Source of the DNA: Octopus vulgaris
Lineage: Eukaryota
Reading direction: 5' to 3'
Assembly: GCA_951406725.2 (NCBI GenBank)
Contig: OX597839.1
Location: forward strand, 5,580,001-5,644,000
Length of the DNA: 64,000 nucleotides
Of the stretch, positions 11,051 through 24,064 are shown in pieces. A model generated the notes under the pieces. It saw only the letters and a program-made list of their open reading frames with translations. It was not told the DNA's origin and did not search any database. Both the position numbers and the translations under genes were made by a program. Position 1 is the first letter of the stretch. Each line of letters begins with the position of its first letter.

Positions 11051-11909
11051 CCTACGAACATGCAATGATACAATGCACAACGATGGCGATCATGGGGATG
11101 GTCCTGGAGTTGGTATTTGCGGTCAGGGTCACGACAATAATGGGGGAGTGCGGTGGATGTGATGGCGTTGATCATCATCAGCAGCAGCATCATCATGACG
11201 GCGGAGTGTATCCCCGTGAATGATAATGTAGTTACGATGGCAACAGTGATAAATATTGTGGGCTACAACAACAACAACAACAACAACAACGACGGTAACA
11301 ATATAAACAATAACCACAGCATCAACGAACATTCACATCATCAAGAATACGAACAACAACAACAATGACGATAACAATATAAACAATAACAACAACATCA
11401 ACGTACAATCACATCATCAATAATACGAACAACAACAACAACAACAGCAACAACAACAGCCACAACAAGTATAATAAAAAATGGTAACAACGGCGACGTT
11501 GCAACATAATGGTTAGCAACATCAACGATTGCAACAAAACAAAGCAATCAGAAACGGCAACGATTGTAACAATGAAACGGGAAGAGCGACACCAGCAACA
11601 AAAGCGAAAAACAACAAAAAAGCGGACCAGCAGCAGCAGCAGCAGCAAGAGCGGCAAGAATGAGAGCGATAACAGCCATGGTAGCGGCGGCAGCGGGAGG
11701 TAGCAGCAACGGAGGCGACAGCGACAGAGCAGCGACGGCAGCTGAGATAAACATGAATGATGGGCAACAGCGTTGGAAAAACGATGGAAATTCATTCTTT
11801 CGTCCTTAACTTGTTTAATTAGACAATGTAATTAATTTCGGTTTGCCGTAAATCGTTATGGCAATTAATTAGATTAATGAAGAACGAGCAAAGACGATTG
11901 AAACAAGAG

Positions 11910-12200
11910 CAGTTTCAACAGCAACAGCAACAACAAGAACAGGAGCATGGCATAACAGCTGAACCCCTACCACCGCCACCACCGCTGCCGCCACCACCAC
12001 CACCACCACCACCACCACCACTACCATCCACCACCAACACCAACACCACCACCACCACCACCACCACCACCGCCACCACCACCACCACGACCACCACCAT
12101 CCACCACCACCACCAACACCAACACCAACACCGCCACCACCACCACCACCACCACCACCACCAACACCACCAACACCACCATCACCACCACCACGCAACC
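11910..12200. repeat. (CAA/CAG)n and (CCA)n triplet repeats
   Basis: Direct reading; source of the poly-Q/P/T/H ORF. Confidence 0.9.
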
Positions 12201-12429
12201 TCCAAGAGAAAATGGGAAAGGCTCTCCGTACGAGTTCTATCCCATTCCGAAATAGCAGCCAAGTGTCCTTGTATTCACATCCTACAAGATTTAAGCGTAA
12301 AGATGTCATTGCATAACTTCATCGTAGACAAATTAAATGGAATGGTCACAGTTGGAGTATTATTCATCATAGATATGCTCAATCTGGACTGGACTGTGGC
12401 TGTGAGGTTAAGAAGTTCATTGTGACATA

Positions 12430-12598
12430 GGGTGTAACAAGGTTGGCCCTTTTGAAATACAGGTCATACTCATTTTTTGCCAGCTGAGTGGACTGGAGCA
12501 ACGTGAAATAAAGTCTCTTGCTCAAGGACACAACGCGCCGCTGTGAATCGAACTCACGACTTTACGATGGTGAGCCGAATACCCAAACCACTAAGCTA
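12430..12598 (-). mobile_element. tRNA-derived SINE family 3 (V/CORE-like central motif), partial
   Basis: Reverse complement TAGCTTAGTGG...GAGTTCGATTC...TGTGTCCTTGAGCAAGAGACTTTATTTCACG...CCACTCAGCTGG. Confidence 0.75.
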
Positions 12599-12995
12599 TG
12601 TGTTCATATACACGAGTACATATATCCGTATGAATCATACCGAGCCCCACAACATGGGCGATGTAAACGCGAGCGATAACCAATTCGTTCTGGGTAGGTG
12701 GACAGTGTGGATCATCGCTGGAGAGAGCTTTTGAAGTGCAAACAGAATTTCTATCGGATCGCCGAGCCGTCTTATCAGAGATCAAATCGTGATAAGCGTG
12801 ACACGGTTCACAGTCGGGCGTATCGTGTTATCCAGGATCAGTGATGAATGAATCAGTAATATATTAGAGTGTTGCTTGGTCCAGGGTGCCTCACACTAGA
12901 ACTGAACCTGAAAAAGCGTGGTTGCAATGTGAGCTCTTCATGAACACAGCCATGCCTGTGTCCCTTATTAGATATTAAGTAAATGTATAGTGAAA

Positions 12996-13283
12996 GCAAG
13001 TGGCTTAGTAGTTACTGTTTTCGGCTCGCGATCGCAAGATCATGAGTTCAATTCCTGGCGGTGTGATGTTCCTTGAGTAAGACAAATTATTTCACGTGTC
13101 TCTAGTCCACTCAGCTGACAAAAATAAGTTAGTATTTGAAAGGATCAGCCTTGTTATATTTTGTGTCATGCTAATTCTTCCTGAAAACTATGTTAAAGGT
13201 TAAGCGTTAATTTCACGAAGGAGCAAGCTGTTCCGTTGATGGGATCACCTGGAACCCTCATCGTCGAAAGCGACGGAGAGCCA
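12996..13283 (+). mobile_element. SINE family 3, diverged copy
   Basis: TGGCTTAGTAG...GAGTTCAATTCC...CCTTGAGTAAGAC...CCACTCAGCTG; homologous to 12430-12598. Confidence 0.7.
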
Positions 13284-14016
13284 TTTAGTTAAGTAAACGT
13301 ATAATCAATCTCTCTTCTTAGCAACGAAAAATAAAACGAGGAATAGGCGAATAGCCACTTCCAAAACACTACAACATATCACTCAGTTACCATTCCACCG
13401 CCACCACCATCTCCAACAACAGTAATGCAAGGAGAGAGAGAGAGAGAGACAGAGAGAGAGAGAGAGTGTGTGTGTGTGTGTCGGAATTTCGCAGAGAGAT
13501 AGAGACAGAGGAAAACCGATGCATTATTTTTAGTGTTTAAGATCCTTTTCACCTGCCTGGTAAAACATTTCTTTCAACAAACACTTCCTTAAAAAAAAAA
13601 ATCAAACTTCATAAATTATTCAACAGGTGTAACGTAAAAATGATGTATTCTACATCACCTTCTCCATGAAATATCCTTTCGTTGCGTAACTACAAATTCC
13701 TTTAAGATAAAACAAACCAAGGTAGAAAAAAAGAATCGTAGAAAACCACTACGTCTTTTGGATAAGATGTGCACGAGTTACGGAATATTGTATTAAGCAA
13801 CAGCAATTGAGAAAAAAAAGATCGTATTTTTGCATTCATCAGTTTCACAAATTACTCATTTAATAGACAACCATGCTAGCATTTGGTCTCATTTAAAACA
13901 AACGCTACAAACAAAAGGCTACACCTCTCTCAAAACACATTCTGCTAAAGATAAGAAATTTTATTGAAACTAGGTCGATTGACAGTCGTTACGCTGCCGG
14001 TAAAGATATTTGCTAC

Positions 14017-14430
14017 GCGGCGAGATGGCAGAATCGTTAGCACGCCGGGCGAAATGCTTAGCGGTATTTCGTCTGCCGTTACGTCCTGAGTTCAAATTCC
14101 GCCGAGGTCGACTTTGCATTTCATCCTTTCGGGGTCGATAAATTAAGTACCAGTTACGCGCTGGGGTCGATATAATCGACTTAATCCGTTTGTCTGTCCT
14201 TGTTTGTCTCCTCTGCGTTTAGCCCCTTGTGGGTAGTAAAGAAATAGGTATTTCGTCTGCCGTTACGTTCTGAGTTCAAATTCCGCCGAGGTCGACTTTG
14301 CATTTCATCCTTTCGGGGTCGATAAATTAAGTACCAGTTACACACTGGAGTCGATATAATCGACTTAATCCGTATGTCTGTCCTTGTTTGTTCCCTCTGT
14401 GTTTAGCCCCTTGTGGGCAGTAAAGAAACA
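14017..14430 (+). mobile_element. SINE family 2 dimer (184-bp period) with ~18-bp TSD
   Basis: A box TGGCAGAATCG, B box GAGTTCAAATTCC; unit starts at 14063 and 14247; TSD GGTAAAGATATTTGCTAC / GGTAAAATTATTTGCTAC. Confidence 0.92.
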
Positions 14431-15256
14431 GGTAAAATTATTTGCTACTCGTGCACGTACCTTCATAAAGTGTTCAAAGTGAAAATCTTTTTGTAAAGAC
14501 TGTTTCGCGTTGTATATATTTTGAGAGATAAATAAAATCACACACACACACACACACACAAAGAAACAGACGATCAAAAGTGTAACTATATGTATTATAT
14601 ATACATATAGTCTTTTTATGAAGTCTATGTTGCGTTGTGTTGACGGACTTGCTCTTAAAATCCGCGCGTTTTTAATCGAAACTTGTTAGTAAGGTGAGAA
14701 AACTACGCATCTAACTATCTATCTATCTTTCATCTCTCTCTCACTCACTATATTCCTCTCTCAACATCAACTTTTTCTCCTCTCCTTTCCTCCCTCTGCA
14801 GAGACATTGTTCCAGACAGACAGATGGAGATCAGCATCTTTTTTTATAATATACAAATGCAGGTTTTAACTTGGAGAGAGCCAGTCCAGACAACGGTAGT
14901 TCAAAGGACGCCACTTTTGTTTGACTGGGAAATATCACATCACAAATAATCTCCTAAAATTAATGAACGGCAAGGCAGACTAATCGTCGCTTGTCCACAC
15001 TGTATGAAAGTTTCTCTTTTTTTTCCGGGAAAAGAAACACAATGGCTAAGACGTCAAACATCATGTGACATGCCAAGAGTTATTTATTGCATAGATGACT
15101 CCTAACAAGTCCGCTGAAGATCACGGTGTCTAAATTCTTGGATTGTGCAGTGAAACTAACATACAGAAATCATTAAAAGCACTATGCATAAGCACACATA
15201 CATAAACATAAATACACACACACACACACAGATGCTAACATATACTCATTTATGTG

Positions 15257-15306
<50 letters not shown>

Positions 15307-15308
<2 letters not shown>

Positions 15309-15477
15309 CGTAGGAGTGGCTGTGTGGTAAGTAGCTTGTTTACCAACCACATGATTCCGGGTTCAGTCACACTGCGTGGCATCTTGGGCAAGTGTCTTCT
15401 ACTATAGCCTCGGGCCGACCAAAGCCTTGTGAGTGGATTTGGTAGACGGAAACTGAAAGAAGCCCGTCGTATATATG

Positions 15478-15521
<44 letters not shown>

Positions 15522-15754
15522 CGTGTGTGTGTATGTTTGTGTGTCTGTGTCTGTCCCCCTAGTATTGCTTGACAACCGATGCTGGTATGTTTACGTCGCC
15601 GTCACTTAGCGGTTCGGTAAAAGAGAGCGAGAGAATAAGTACTGGGCTTACAAAGAATAAGTCCCGGGGTCGATCTGTTCGACTAAAGGCGGTGCTCCAG
15701 CATGGCCGCAGTCAAATGACTGAAACAAGTAAAAGAGTAAAAGAGTAAAGAGAG
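15307..15754 (+). mobile_element. SINE family 1, full length
   Basis: tRNA-like head, internal (TA)(TG) tract, tail CCAGCATGGCCGCAGTCAAATGACTGAAAC-(AAGTAAAAGAG)n. Confidence 0.93.
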
Positions 15755-16496
15755 ATATATATTTATATACATACGTATACGTATGTGCGTATATGTGCGA
15801 ATATGTATATACGCGTAGATATGTATATGTACGAGAACTTGTATGCATCTGTGTGCCAATTCTGTGAAGGATGGAATGTATAGATAGACAGTATAAGACA
15901 GCTTAATAGACGTTTGGAATTTCGTATCGTATCATAATGTATTGTATTTCATTGTGTAATCATTTATATTCTTGGAGAGAATTTCAAAGATTCCTGTATC
16001 AATTTCGCCATAATCTCTCAAATGGCACCAATCCTTATAGGATGACTTACGGCTGCATCTTAAACTACATTGCTGGTGGAAGTGGCGAGTTGCAATGTCA
16101 GTGTTTCATGCTAGATTGCATGAGATTTAACGATCAAAAGAAAGAGCTGGTGGGAGAAATAATGGCGGCGAAATAGTATTAGCGGTCTTTGCTTTGGCGA
16201 AGATAAAGCTTGATACTTAGGAAAATCTGAGTCTGGATTGCTTGTCTGTATCCTAATGATACGCCAGGATTATCCTTCTTAGTAGACTTAGTAGTTTGGT
16301 TGGAGATATTGAGAGATAGATAAGGAAATGAAGGAAGAGACAGATGGCTGACTACCTGGATAGAGAGAGCAAGTGATGGATGGATAGATAGCTACGTCAC
16401 TTGATAACACAATGTGTACTTGTATCTGTGTGCATACATGGGTATGTACATAATCTGTGACATATAGCGGTATATTTTGGCATAGATGCACACATA

Positions 16497-16658
16497 GGCG
16501 CAGGAGTGGCTGTGTGGTAAGTAGCTTGCTAACCAACCACATGGTTCCGGGTTCCGTCCCACTGCGTGGCATCTTGGGCAAGTGTCTTCTGCTATAGCCC
16601 CGGGCCGACCAATGCCTTGTGAGTGGATTTGGTAGACGGAAACTGAAAGAAGCCTGTC

Positions 16659-16730
<72 letters not shown>

Positions 16731-16935
16731 ATATGTTTGTGTGTCTGTGTTTGTCCCCCTAGCATTGCTTGGTGTGTTTATGTCCCCGTCACTTAGCGGT
16801 TCGGCAAAAAGAGACCGATAGAATAAGTACTGGGCTTACAAAGAATAAGTCCCGGGGTCGATTTGCTCGACTAAAGGAGGTGCTCCAGCATGGCCGCAGT
16901 CAAATGACTGAAACAAGTAAAAGAGTAAAAGAGTA
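16497..16935 (+). mobile_element. SINE family 1, full length
   Basis: Same organisation as 15307. Confidence 0.93.
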
Positions 16936-17031
16936 ATACTAGTTCGCACACAAGCGTATACACATACGCTAGCAATATACGTGTCTGTATACAACCGATA
17001 GAAGAGAGCACTAAGTTATATTGAGTATATA

Positions 17032-17705
17032 TCTATATATATAAAACTGTAGTTGTGTGAGTGTCTTTCCCGTTCGATTTAGATTCCTAACTACTCCCAC
17101 ATTTTGCGGTGCAGTTTAACCAAATTCGGCTATCTTATAGTCGTGATTCATATCGAGCCCGTCTGGCTATTAGCGCGCGTCTACAATGAGTCTACGATTT
17201 TAAAAATAACTTAACATAATTTTTTATTCCATTTCAATGCATAATTTTTCGTGTGTCGATGGCGGCGGAGTTGGCGTCCATGGTCACACCTGCACCTGTT
17301 TGCTTCTCCCCTTCTTCCCTCCCTCGTGAAGCTGTGGGGAAGGGAGTGTAAAGAAATCAACGTCGTAAAGCGTTGTCAAGGAGATCAGCGTTCTTTTAGT
17401 ACAACGACTTCATGGCTTGAAGACACCAAAACAGAAATGGCTAAGAAAGCGTCTACGATGAGTCTACGATTAAAAAAAAAATTTACCATCATTTTTTCCA
17501 TTTTAATGCATTTTTTCGCTATTATATAAGGCAGGTAACTGTCTAAAAATGTCTACGACGAGTCAACGATTAAAAAAAAAATTACCATCATTTTTTATTC
17601 CATTTTTAATGCATTCTTTTGCTAATTTTTTTGCTATAACTCTCTAAAAATGCTTATATAGTTATTTCCCTTACAAACCCGAGCAACGCCGGGCGATACT
17701 GCTAG
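17032..17705 (+). mobile_element. non-autonomous Helitron
   Basis: 5' TCTATATA, subterminal hairpin CCCGAGCAACGCCGGG, 3' CTAG, inserted between A and T; shorter copy at 45462. Confidence 0.85.
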
Positions 17706-17956
17706 TATATGTATATATTTGTATTGCTAGTTAGACTCTCACAGCTATTATTTACGGCTTATTCTCAAAGTCTGAATATACAGAACTAATATATCAGATG
17801 TCCATATTGAGGGGACGTTAGTCGCGTTCGGCTTGAAAGGCAATTCCTAATTTGTCGCTTTTAAACTAGGTTCTTTTTCAACCAGCCAAATCATACGACG
17901 AAAATTGTGGTAGAATTTAATATCAGAAAATGCAAGAGGTTATTAAGTTGTTATTT

Positions 17957-18406
17957 GGATCTTTTCGGTTTGAACGGCAGTTTTTTCTAGCGGTGTCATA
18001 TGAAACTGTCACCCATAATTATGACCCTAGTATCGATCTATTGACCCTAGTGTCGATCTATTTCAATCTGTTTTAGGGTTTGGGTTAGTTAGGGTTAGGG
18101 TTAGGGGTGGGTGGAAGGGTATCTTTTTTTTTCTTCAGAAATGTAAATAAACCCAATCTGTTTCTTAAACGAGGGACATATTCATACGGCACAGAATGTT
18201 TTTTAACTCAATAGACGTCACTGATTGGTTGAAATTGCAGAAATTGAAGAAAAAAACAAACAAATATCTTACAAACTATAGAATTTTCTCAATAAAGCCA
18301 AGAGAAAAAGATGTTTTATAAACACATTCTACCAGTATACGAAGTTTAAAAATTTTTAGTTACCTAGAAATTATGTTAAAAACTGCCGTTCAAACCGAAA
18401 AGATCC
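17957..18406. mobile_element. TTAGGG-containing MITE, copy 2
   Basis: Same TIRs and body as 2317-2755; no TSD visible. Confidence 0.9.
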
Positions 18407-18645
18407 TCTTAAAGTGTTACGAGTACATGTAGCAAGCAGCCGAACTTAAAATTCGTTAGCAAAGAAGTGATATCCTTCAGCTAAAACTTATAATATTCCA
18501 TGAGTGCAACTGGAGATATTTTGGTTAGCTGTGGAAGAATATACCATGCTACTATAGGATATGTAGTTTAATCGGAGAGGCAAAGTTAGCACATCGGAAT
18601 CCATTCGATTACAGCAGGGTCTATGTATGTATGTATATATATATG

Positions 18646-18698
<53 letters not shown>

Positions 18699-18701
<3 letters not shown>

Positions 18702-19076
18702 CATTGTAAGCTGCACCAATGCTAGAACGGGACGACACTGCATAGTGCCAAAGATCCCAGCAATGCCATCACGCTTCAGGACCAGCTTCTGCAACAGCCT
18801 GGGTTTCAAGGGCCCACAGCTTTTTAATATTCTCCCAAAGAATCTAAGGAACTTGCACAAAGTAGATGTAGCGGTTTTTAAATCAAAGCTGGACATCTTC
18901 CTGTCAAGAGTCCCAGATGAACCTACCTCACGGCAAGAGGTGCACATGAGAGTAGCTATATCAAACTCCATTCTTCACCAAGCGCCACATATTAGACGAG
19001 GTTCTTCGTAATAACAGTGTAGCACAAAACGGCGGCGCATCAGCATGGCCACAGCTCTGAGCTGAAGCTAGAGAAA
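18699..19076 (+). mobile_element. 5'-truncated LINE (CR1/L2/Jockey group): ORF2 C-terminus plus 3' UTR
   Basis: Open frame [12 protein letters not shown]...[19 protein letters not shown]...[16 protein letters not shown], stop at 19011, typical of the post-RT C-terminal domain; 3' stem-loop tail. Confidence 0.8.
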
Positions 19077-19090
19077 TATATATATATATA

Positions 19091-19520
19091 GGCGCAGGAG
19101 TGGCTGTGTGGTAAGTAGCTTGCTAACCAACCACATGGTTCCATGTTCAGTCCCACTGCGTGGCATCTTGGGCAAGTGTCTTCTGCTATAGCCTCGGGCC
19201 GACCAAAGCCTTCTGAGTGGATTTGGTAGACGGAAACTGAAAGAAGCCTGTCGTATATATGTATATATATATATATATAGATGTGTGTGTGTATATGTTT
19301 GTCTGTGTTTGTCCCCCTAGCATTGCTTGACAACCGATGCTGGTGTGTTTACGTCCCCGTCACTTAGCGGTTCGGCAAAAGAGACCGATAGAATAAGTAC
19401 TGGGCTTACAAAGGATAAGTCCCGGGGTCGATTTCTTCGACTAAAGGCGGTGCTCCAGCATGGCCGCAGTCAAATGACTGAAACAAGTAAAAGAGTAAAA
19501 GAGTAAAAGAGTAAAAGAGT
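19091..19520 (+). mobile_element. SINE family 1, full length
   Basis: Same organisation as 15307; (GTAAAAGA)n tail. Confidence 0.93.
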
Positions 19521-19775
19521 ATACATGAATATGTCAGTCAGTCTTGCTTTCACTTAACTTGTCCACGTAAATGGATTACTCCTTATAGAGTACTGCTTAT
19601 CTCTCCCTTCATCTCTTCCTTACAATCTAATCAATATGGCGGAGTGTACGGACGCATACATATATATATATACGCGTCTGTGGTAGGACGTCTGTGATGT
19701 ACAAAGCTACACTATGTCGTTATAGGCACACACACATACACACACACACATATATACATCTTTATGTACGCATGT

Positions 19776-19830
<55 letters not shown>

Positions 19831-19834
19831 TATG

Positions 19835-19894
<60 letters not shown>

Positions 19895-20129
19895 CAGACG
19901 CACTTATGTATACTTATATATCTATATATGGAGTATATAGAGATACTAACCGCGTTCTCACACAAACATACATACATACACTTACATATATATATATATA
20001 TACATACATATACATATATATATATATCCACACATCATATATATATATATATTTACATACATATATATATATGTACGTGTATATATATATATATGTATGT
20101 ATATATATATATATAAATATGTATGTATG

Positions 20130-20176
<47 letters not shown>

Positions 20177-20411
20177 CTTGATAGACAATATATTTATAGA
20201 ATACGTAAACATAATTCACCAAACTGTCCATCTTTCATGCTGTGCTGATTATAGAGAGGCGTGTATGCCCCTTAATTAATTAATAATTACATTTTCTTCT
20301 CCTACATAATAAACGTTTGGTCAGTAACTAACCGTTGGTGTTGATAACCATAGCCGTCACGGTGTCATTAATGGCTGTACTGACGATAATAGAGTGATAT
20401 TATTGGGTTTT

Positions 20412-20461
<50 letters not shown>

Positions 20462-20756
20462 TATATATATATTATTTTGGTGTAGTTGTTATTTTTGATG
20501 TTTAATATTGATTTTTTTATGGAGGTCGTTGGCTGTGGTACTGATTGTAGTGATGTAGTCTTGAAAGAGTTATACATACATATAAACATACATACTTCTG
20601 GTACTTGACTGAGGAAAGAAAACTTCGAATGACCTGTCTTTGTTTTCTTTGTATCGTCTATCTGGATGGTTTGCTGTCCCATTTTTGTATCACCTAGCTG
20701 TCCGGTTATTTTGCGTTCTTGTCCCATTTTTTATTATTCCTTCCGGTCTTTCAAAA

Positions 20757-20963
20757 TGTGACTTCGTGTGTACCGTTGGCGATGTTTTTCCTCTGTCTTC
20801 CCTTCTCTGGATCTTTCCTTCTCCTATGTTTCCGACGAAGAGCTCCGCTCGAAACGTTAAATCCTCCTTCTTTCCTTCTTTCCTGAGCGTCCAATAATAC
20901 TATATTTGTTCCACGTCCTCGCGTTGTGTTTTTTTTTTTGTGCTTTCTTGTTTGGATTAACTA
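20757..20963 (+). mobile_element. family B short element with a variant hammerhead motif at 20828-20862
   Basis: GTTT-CCGACGA-A-GAGC-tcc-GCTC-GAAAC-GTT-AAAT; reverse complement of 8178-8387. Confidence 0.75.
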
Positions 20964-21413
20964 TATATATATATATATATGTTTATGCATGTAATTATAT
21001 ATATATATATATACATATATACACTCATACATACATAAATACATACATACATACATACATACATTCATACATACATACATACATACATACATACATACAT
21101 ACATACATACATACATACATACGTACATACAAAGTCTATTTTGTTGCATTTTTCGACGACGTGAAATTCGATACTGATTTGGCTACTATATATACCAGGT
21201 CGAACTCCGGAATAGAACTTTCCGCATTCTTTTGTTCCTGTCTTTCTGCGACGTTTGTTGATGTTGATGACAAATACCACGGAGATGATGCTGATGCAGA
21301 AGAGGAAAGAACAAACTAGTGCTTCATATCACTGATTGCGGTTTTATTTAAGAGACTTTTATAAATCGAGTTCTAAGCACTTATGATTGCTTGTGCGCGT
21401 ATGTATATATATA

Positions 21414-21473
<60 letters not shown>

Positions 21474-21630
21474 CATATATATGTTTTCAGTTAGTGTATG
21501 TGAGAGGTGTTAGTGCATGCAGGAATAGCTCGTGTATTCTACATACACCAATTTCCAGTGTTTACTGTACCAGTTGCATTTGGCATTCTCTAATGTTGAT
21601 TTTTTGCGAGGTTTTTCACACGCTGCACAC

Positions 21631-21697
<67 letters not shown>

Positions 21698-22070
21698 ATG
21701 TGTGTGTGTGTGTGTATACACATATATATATGTATATGTACCGACATACACAAACCTACATGCATATTTTGACAACGTATACAAACACATGTTTGAGTGG
21801 ATAACTCAATGAAGGAAATCAAGTTAGATAAAAGCATCAGCAACAGCCAGCAACACAAACCACCACCACCATTACAATGCCACCTCCCACCATCACAACC
21901 CGTGGCACTACCATCACCATCGCTAACAACAACCCTCAGCTCAGCAAACAGTACTAACATCAGCAACATTAGCAGCAACAGATGCAGCAAAAACAACATC
22001 AGTAAGGGCAACAGTAAAAAACCTCAATAGCAACAACAACAAAAACATCAATAGCTGCAACAAAGAAAAT

Positions 22071-22113
<43 letters not shown>

Positions 22114-23167
22114 GCAATAACGGTTGTTGCATCGGTAACTAGATCCATCGTTGTTTAGATATGTCTAATTTTAAATTTGGCAAGCGTCCATTGTGAGAGC
22201 TTGCGATCGATCAGAACTAATCATGGCTCAATTATTGATACGACGTGACTGTTTTAGAAACGCAGAACACATGTCTGTGAGGGGGCAGAAAATAAACTCT
22301 GCAAAATCAAACCATTTCACGTCTCCACCCCGCCTCCTTGCACGCATAACGAATCTGCGCACCTAACAATCACCGCTATGCTCATCGTCATCATCGTCGC
22401 CATCGTCGTCAGCGTCGTCAGCGTCATCATCTTCGACGTAGCTATCGTTGTCGTTGTCATCGTCATAATCATCGATGTTCAGAAATGCATAAGACACACC
22501 GCCAATAAAAGAGCCACAGCTTCTACAAAGGCGTCTGATGTGTTGGGACAAGTAGCGGTGAAATATCCATTAAATCACATGACATCCCATTTCCAAATGT
22601 TGGATCACCCCTACCGATCACTGTTATCATCGTTGTCATCGTTCTCATCATCATTGTCGCCATCATCGTCTCCCTCATCACCTTCAGCATAGTCATCGTT
22701 GTCGTTCCTGTCATCGTGATCATCGATGTTCAGAAATGTATCGACGCACCGGGATTAGAAAGCCGTAGCTTTTACGTAGACGCGTGTCCTATCGGAAATA
22801 ATAGCCAAGTAATTCTCCTTAAGTCAAAGGCTACCGGATTTTAAAAAAGTACCCCTACCGATCACCGTTACCGTCGTTGTCATCGTTCTCATCATCATTG
22901 TCGCCATCATCGTCTTCCTCATCACCTTCACCAGAGAGAGAGAGAGAGTACTTATTGTGTCGAGCCCAAAAGGACGAGAAAAGCAAGGTGGACCATGGCG
23001 GAATTTGTAATCACAACGTAAAGTCGGACAGGAATAAATTTCTGTAAGCATTTTTCGGCATGCTCACGATTCTGCTAGCTCACTGCTTTGTTACTCATAA
23101 GAGGTCTTGATTATAACTAAGACAACGTATTCGGTCGTCATTTCTTAACATTAAGTGTTACATCATA

Positions 23168-23570
23168 AGGTGGCGATCTGGCAGAGTCGTTAGCATCCTG
23201 GGTAAAATGCTTAGCGGTAGTTCTTCTGACTTTACATTCTGAGTTCAAATTCCGCCAGGGTCAACTTTACCTTTCATCTTGTTGGGGGGTCGATAAAATA
23301 AGTACCAGTTACGCACTGGGGTCGATATAATTAACTTAATCCGTTTCTCTGTCCTTGTTTGTCCTCTTTGTGTTTAGCCCCTTGTGGGTAGTAAAGAATA
23401 GGTATTTCGTCAGCCGCTACGTTCTGAGTTCAAATACCGCCAGGGTCAACTTTGCATTTCATCTTTTTGGGGGTCGATAAAATAAGTACCAGTTGAGCAC
23501 CGGGATCGGTGTAATCAACTTAGACACTTCACCAAAACTGCTGGCCTTGTGCCAAAATTTGAAACCGACA
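23168..23570 (+). mobile_element. SINE family 2 dimer, second unit with an alternative tail
   Basis: Unit restarts at GGTATTTCGTC ~23401; ends GGCCTTGTGCCAAAATTTGAAACC. Confidence 0.85.
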
Positions 23571-24064
23571 TTAATGTTACACCATATTTCTCGACATTTC
23601 ATTCCTTAATGAAATTAACTGCACTATTTATAAACTCGTGACTCAACCCATCCAACTAGAATCTGATCCGAAACATATCACAAGCTCCTTAAAAGGTCGT
23701 CGATCCACCAGCGTATGATGATTGCAAGCGTGGACTTAGCCTACCTAGTTACGAGATTTTCTACTTAAACTTACGTTCGTCTTCATCGGACGATATAGGA
23801 AGCAGTCAAATTACTCCAGGAGGGTCGGTCAGCAGACCTCTGACATCCTCTAGGTGATCCTCTACCCTAACATTTGCGATGATTTTGCACTGGCTTAAGG
23901 ATTTGCCGGGGATACGGTGCTAACCTGAAGCTCAACCAGTTACATTTAAAAATGAGATTGCAAGTGGAGTTGTTCCTGCTGAGTGCTAAACAAGATCCAC
24001 AATATATAGTGTGGATGGTCTTTAGTCACGGACACCTGGTCGTTGACCTTTATAATATACTCCA

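Noticed and set aside
11877-12425. 182-aa Q/P/T/H ORF resembling a transcription-factor low-complexity region
   Set aside because: A (CCA)n repeat read across frames; no domain; it runs into a SINE remnant
14770-15180. Polypyrimidine tract plus CAG resembling a splice acceptor
   Set aside because: No sustained reading frame or recognisable peptide follows; cannot be supported without RNA data
15937-16176. 79-aa complex-sequence ORF
   Set aside because: No recognisable motif; length within chance expectation
21128-21330. Possible minus-strand exon ([22 protein letters not shown]... ending at GTATGT)
   Set aside because: The donor-like GTATGT comes from the (TATG)n repeat, the acceptor is weak, and no partner exons were found
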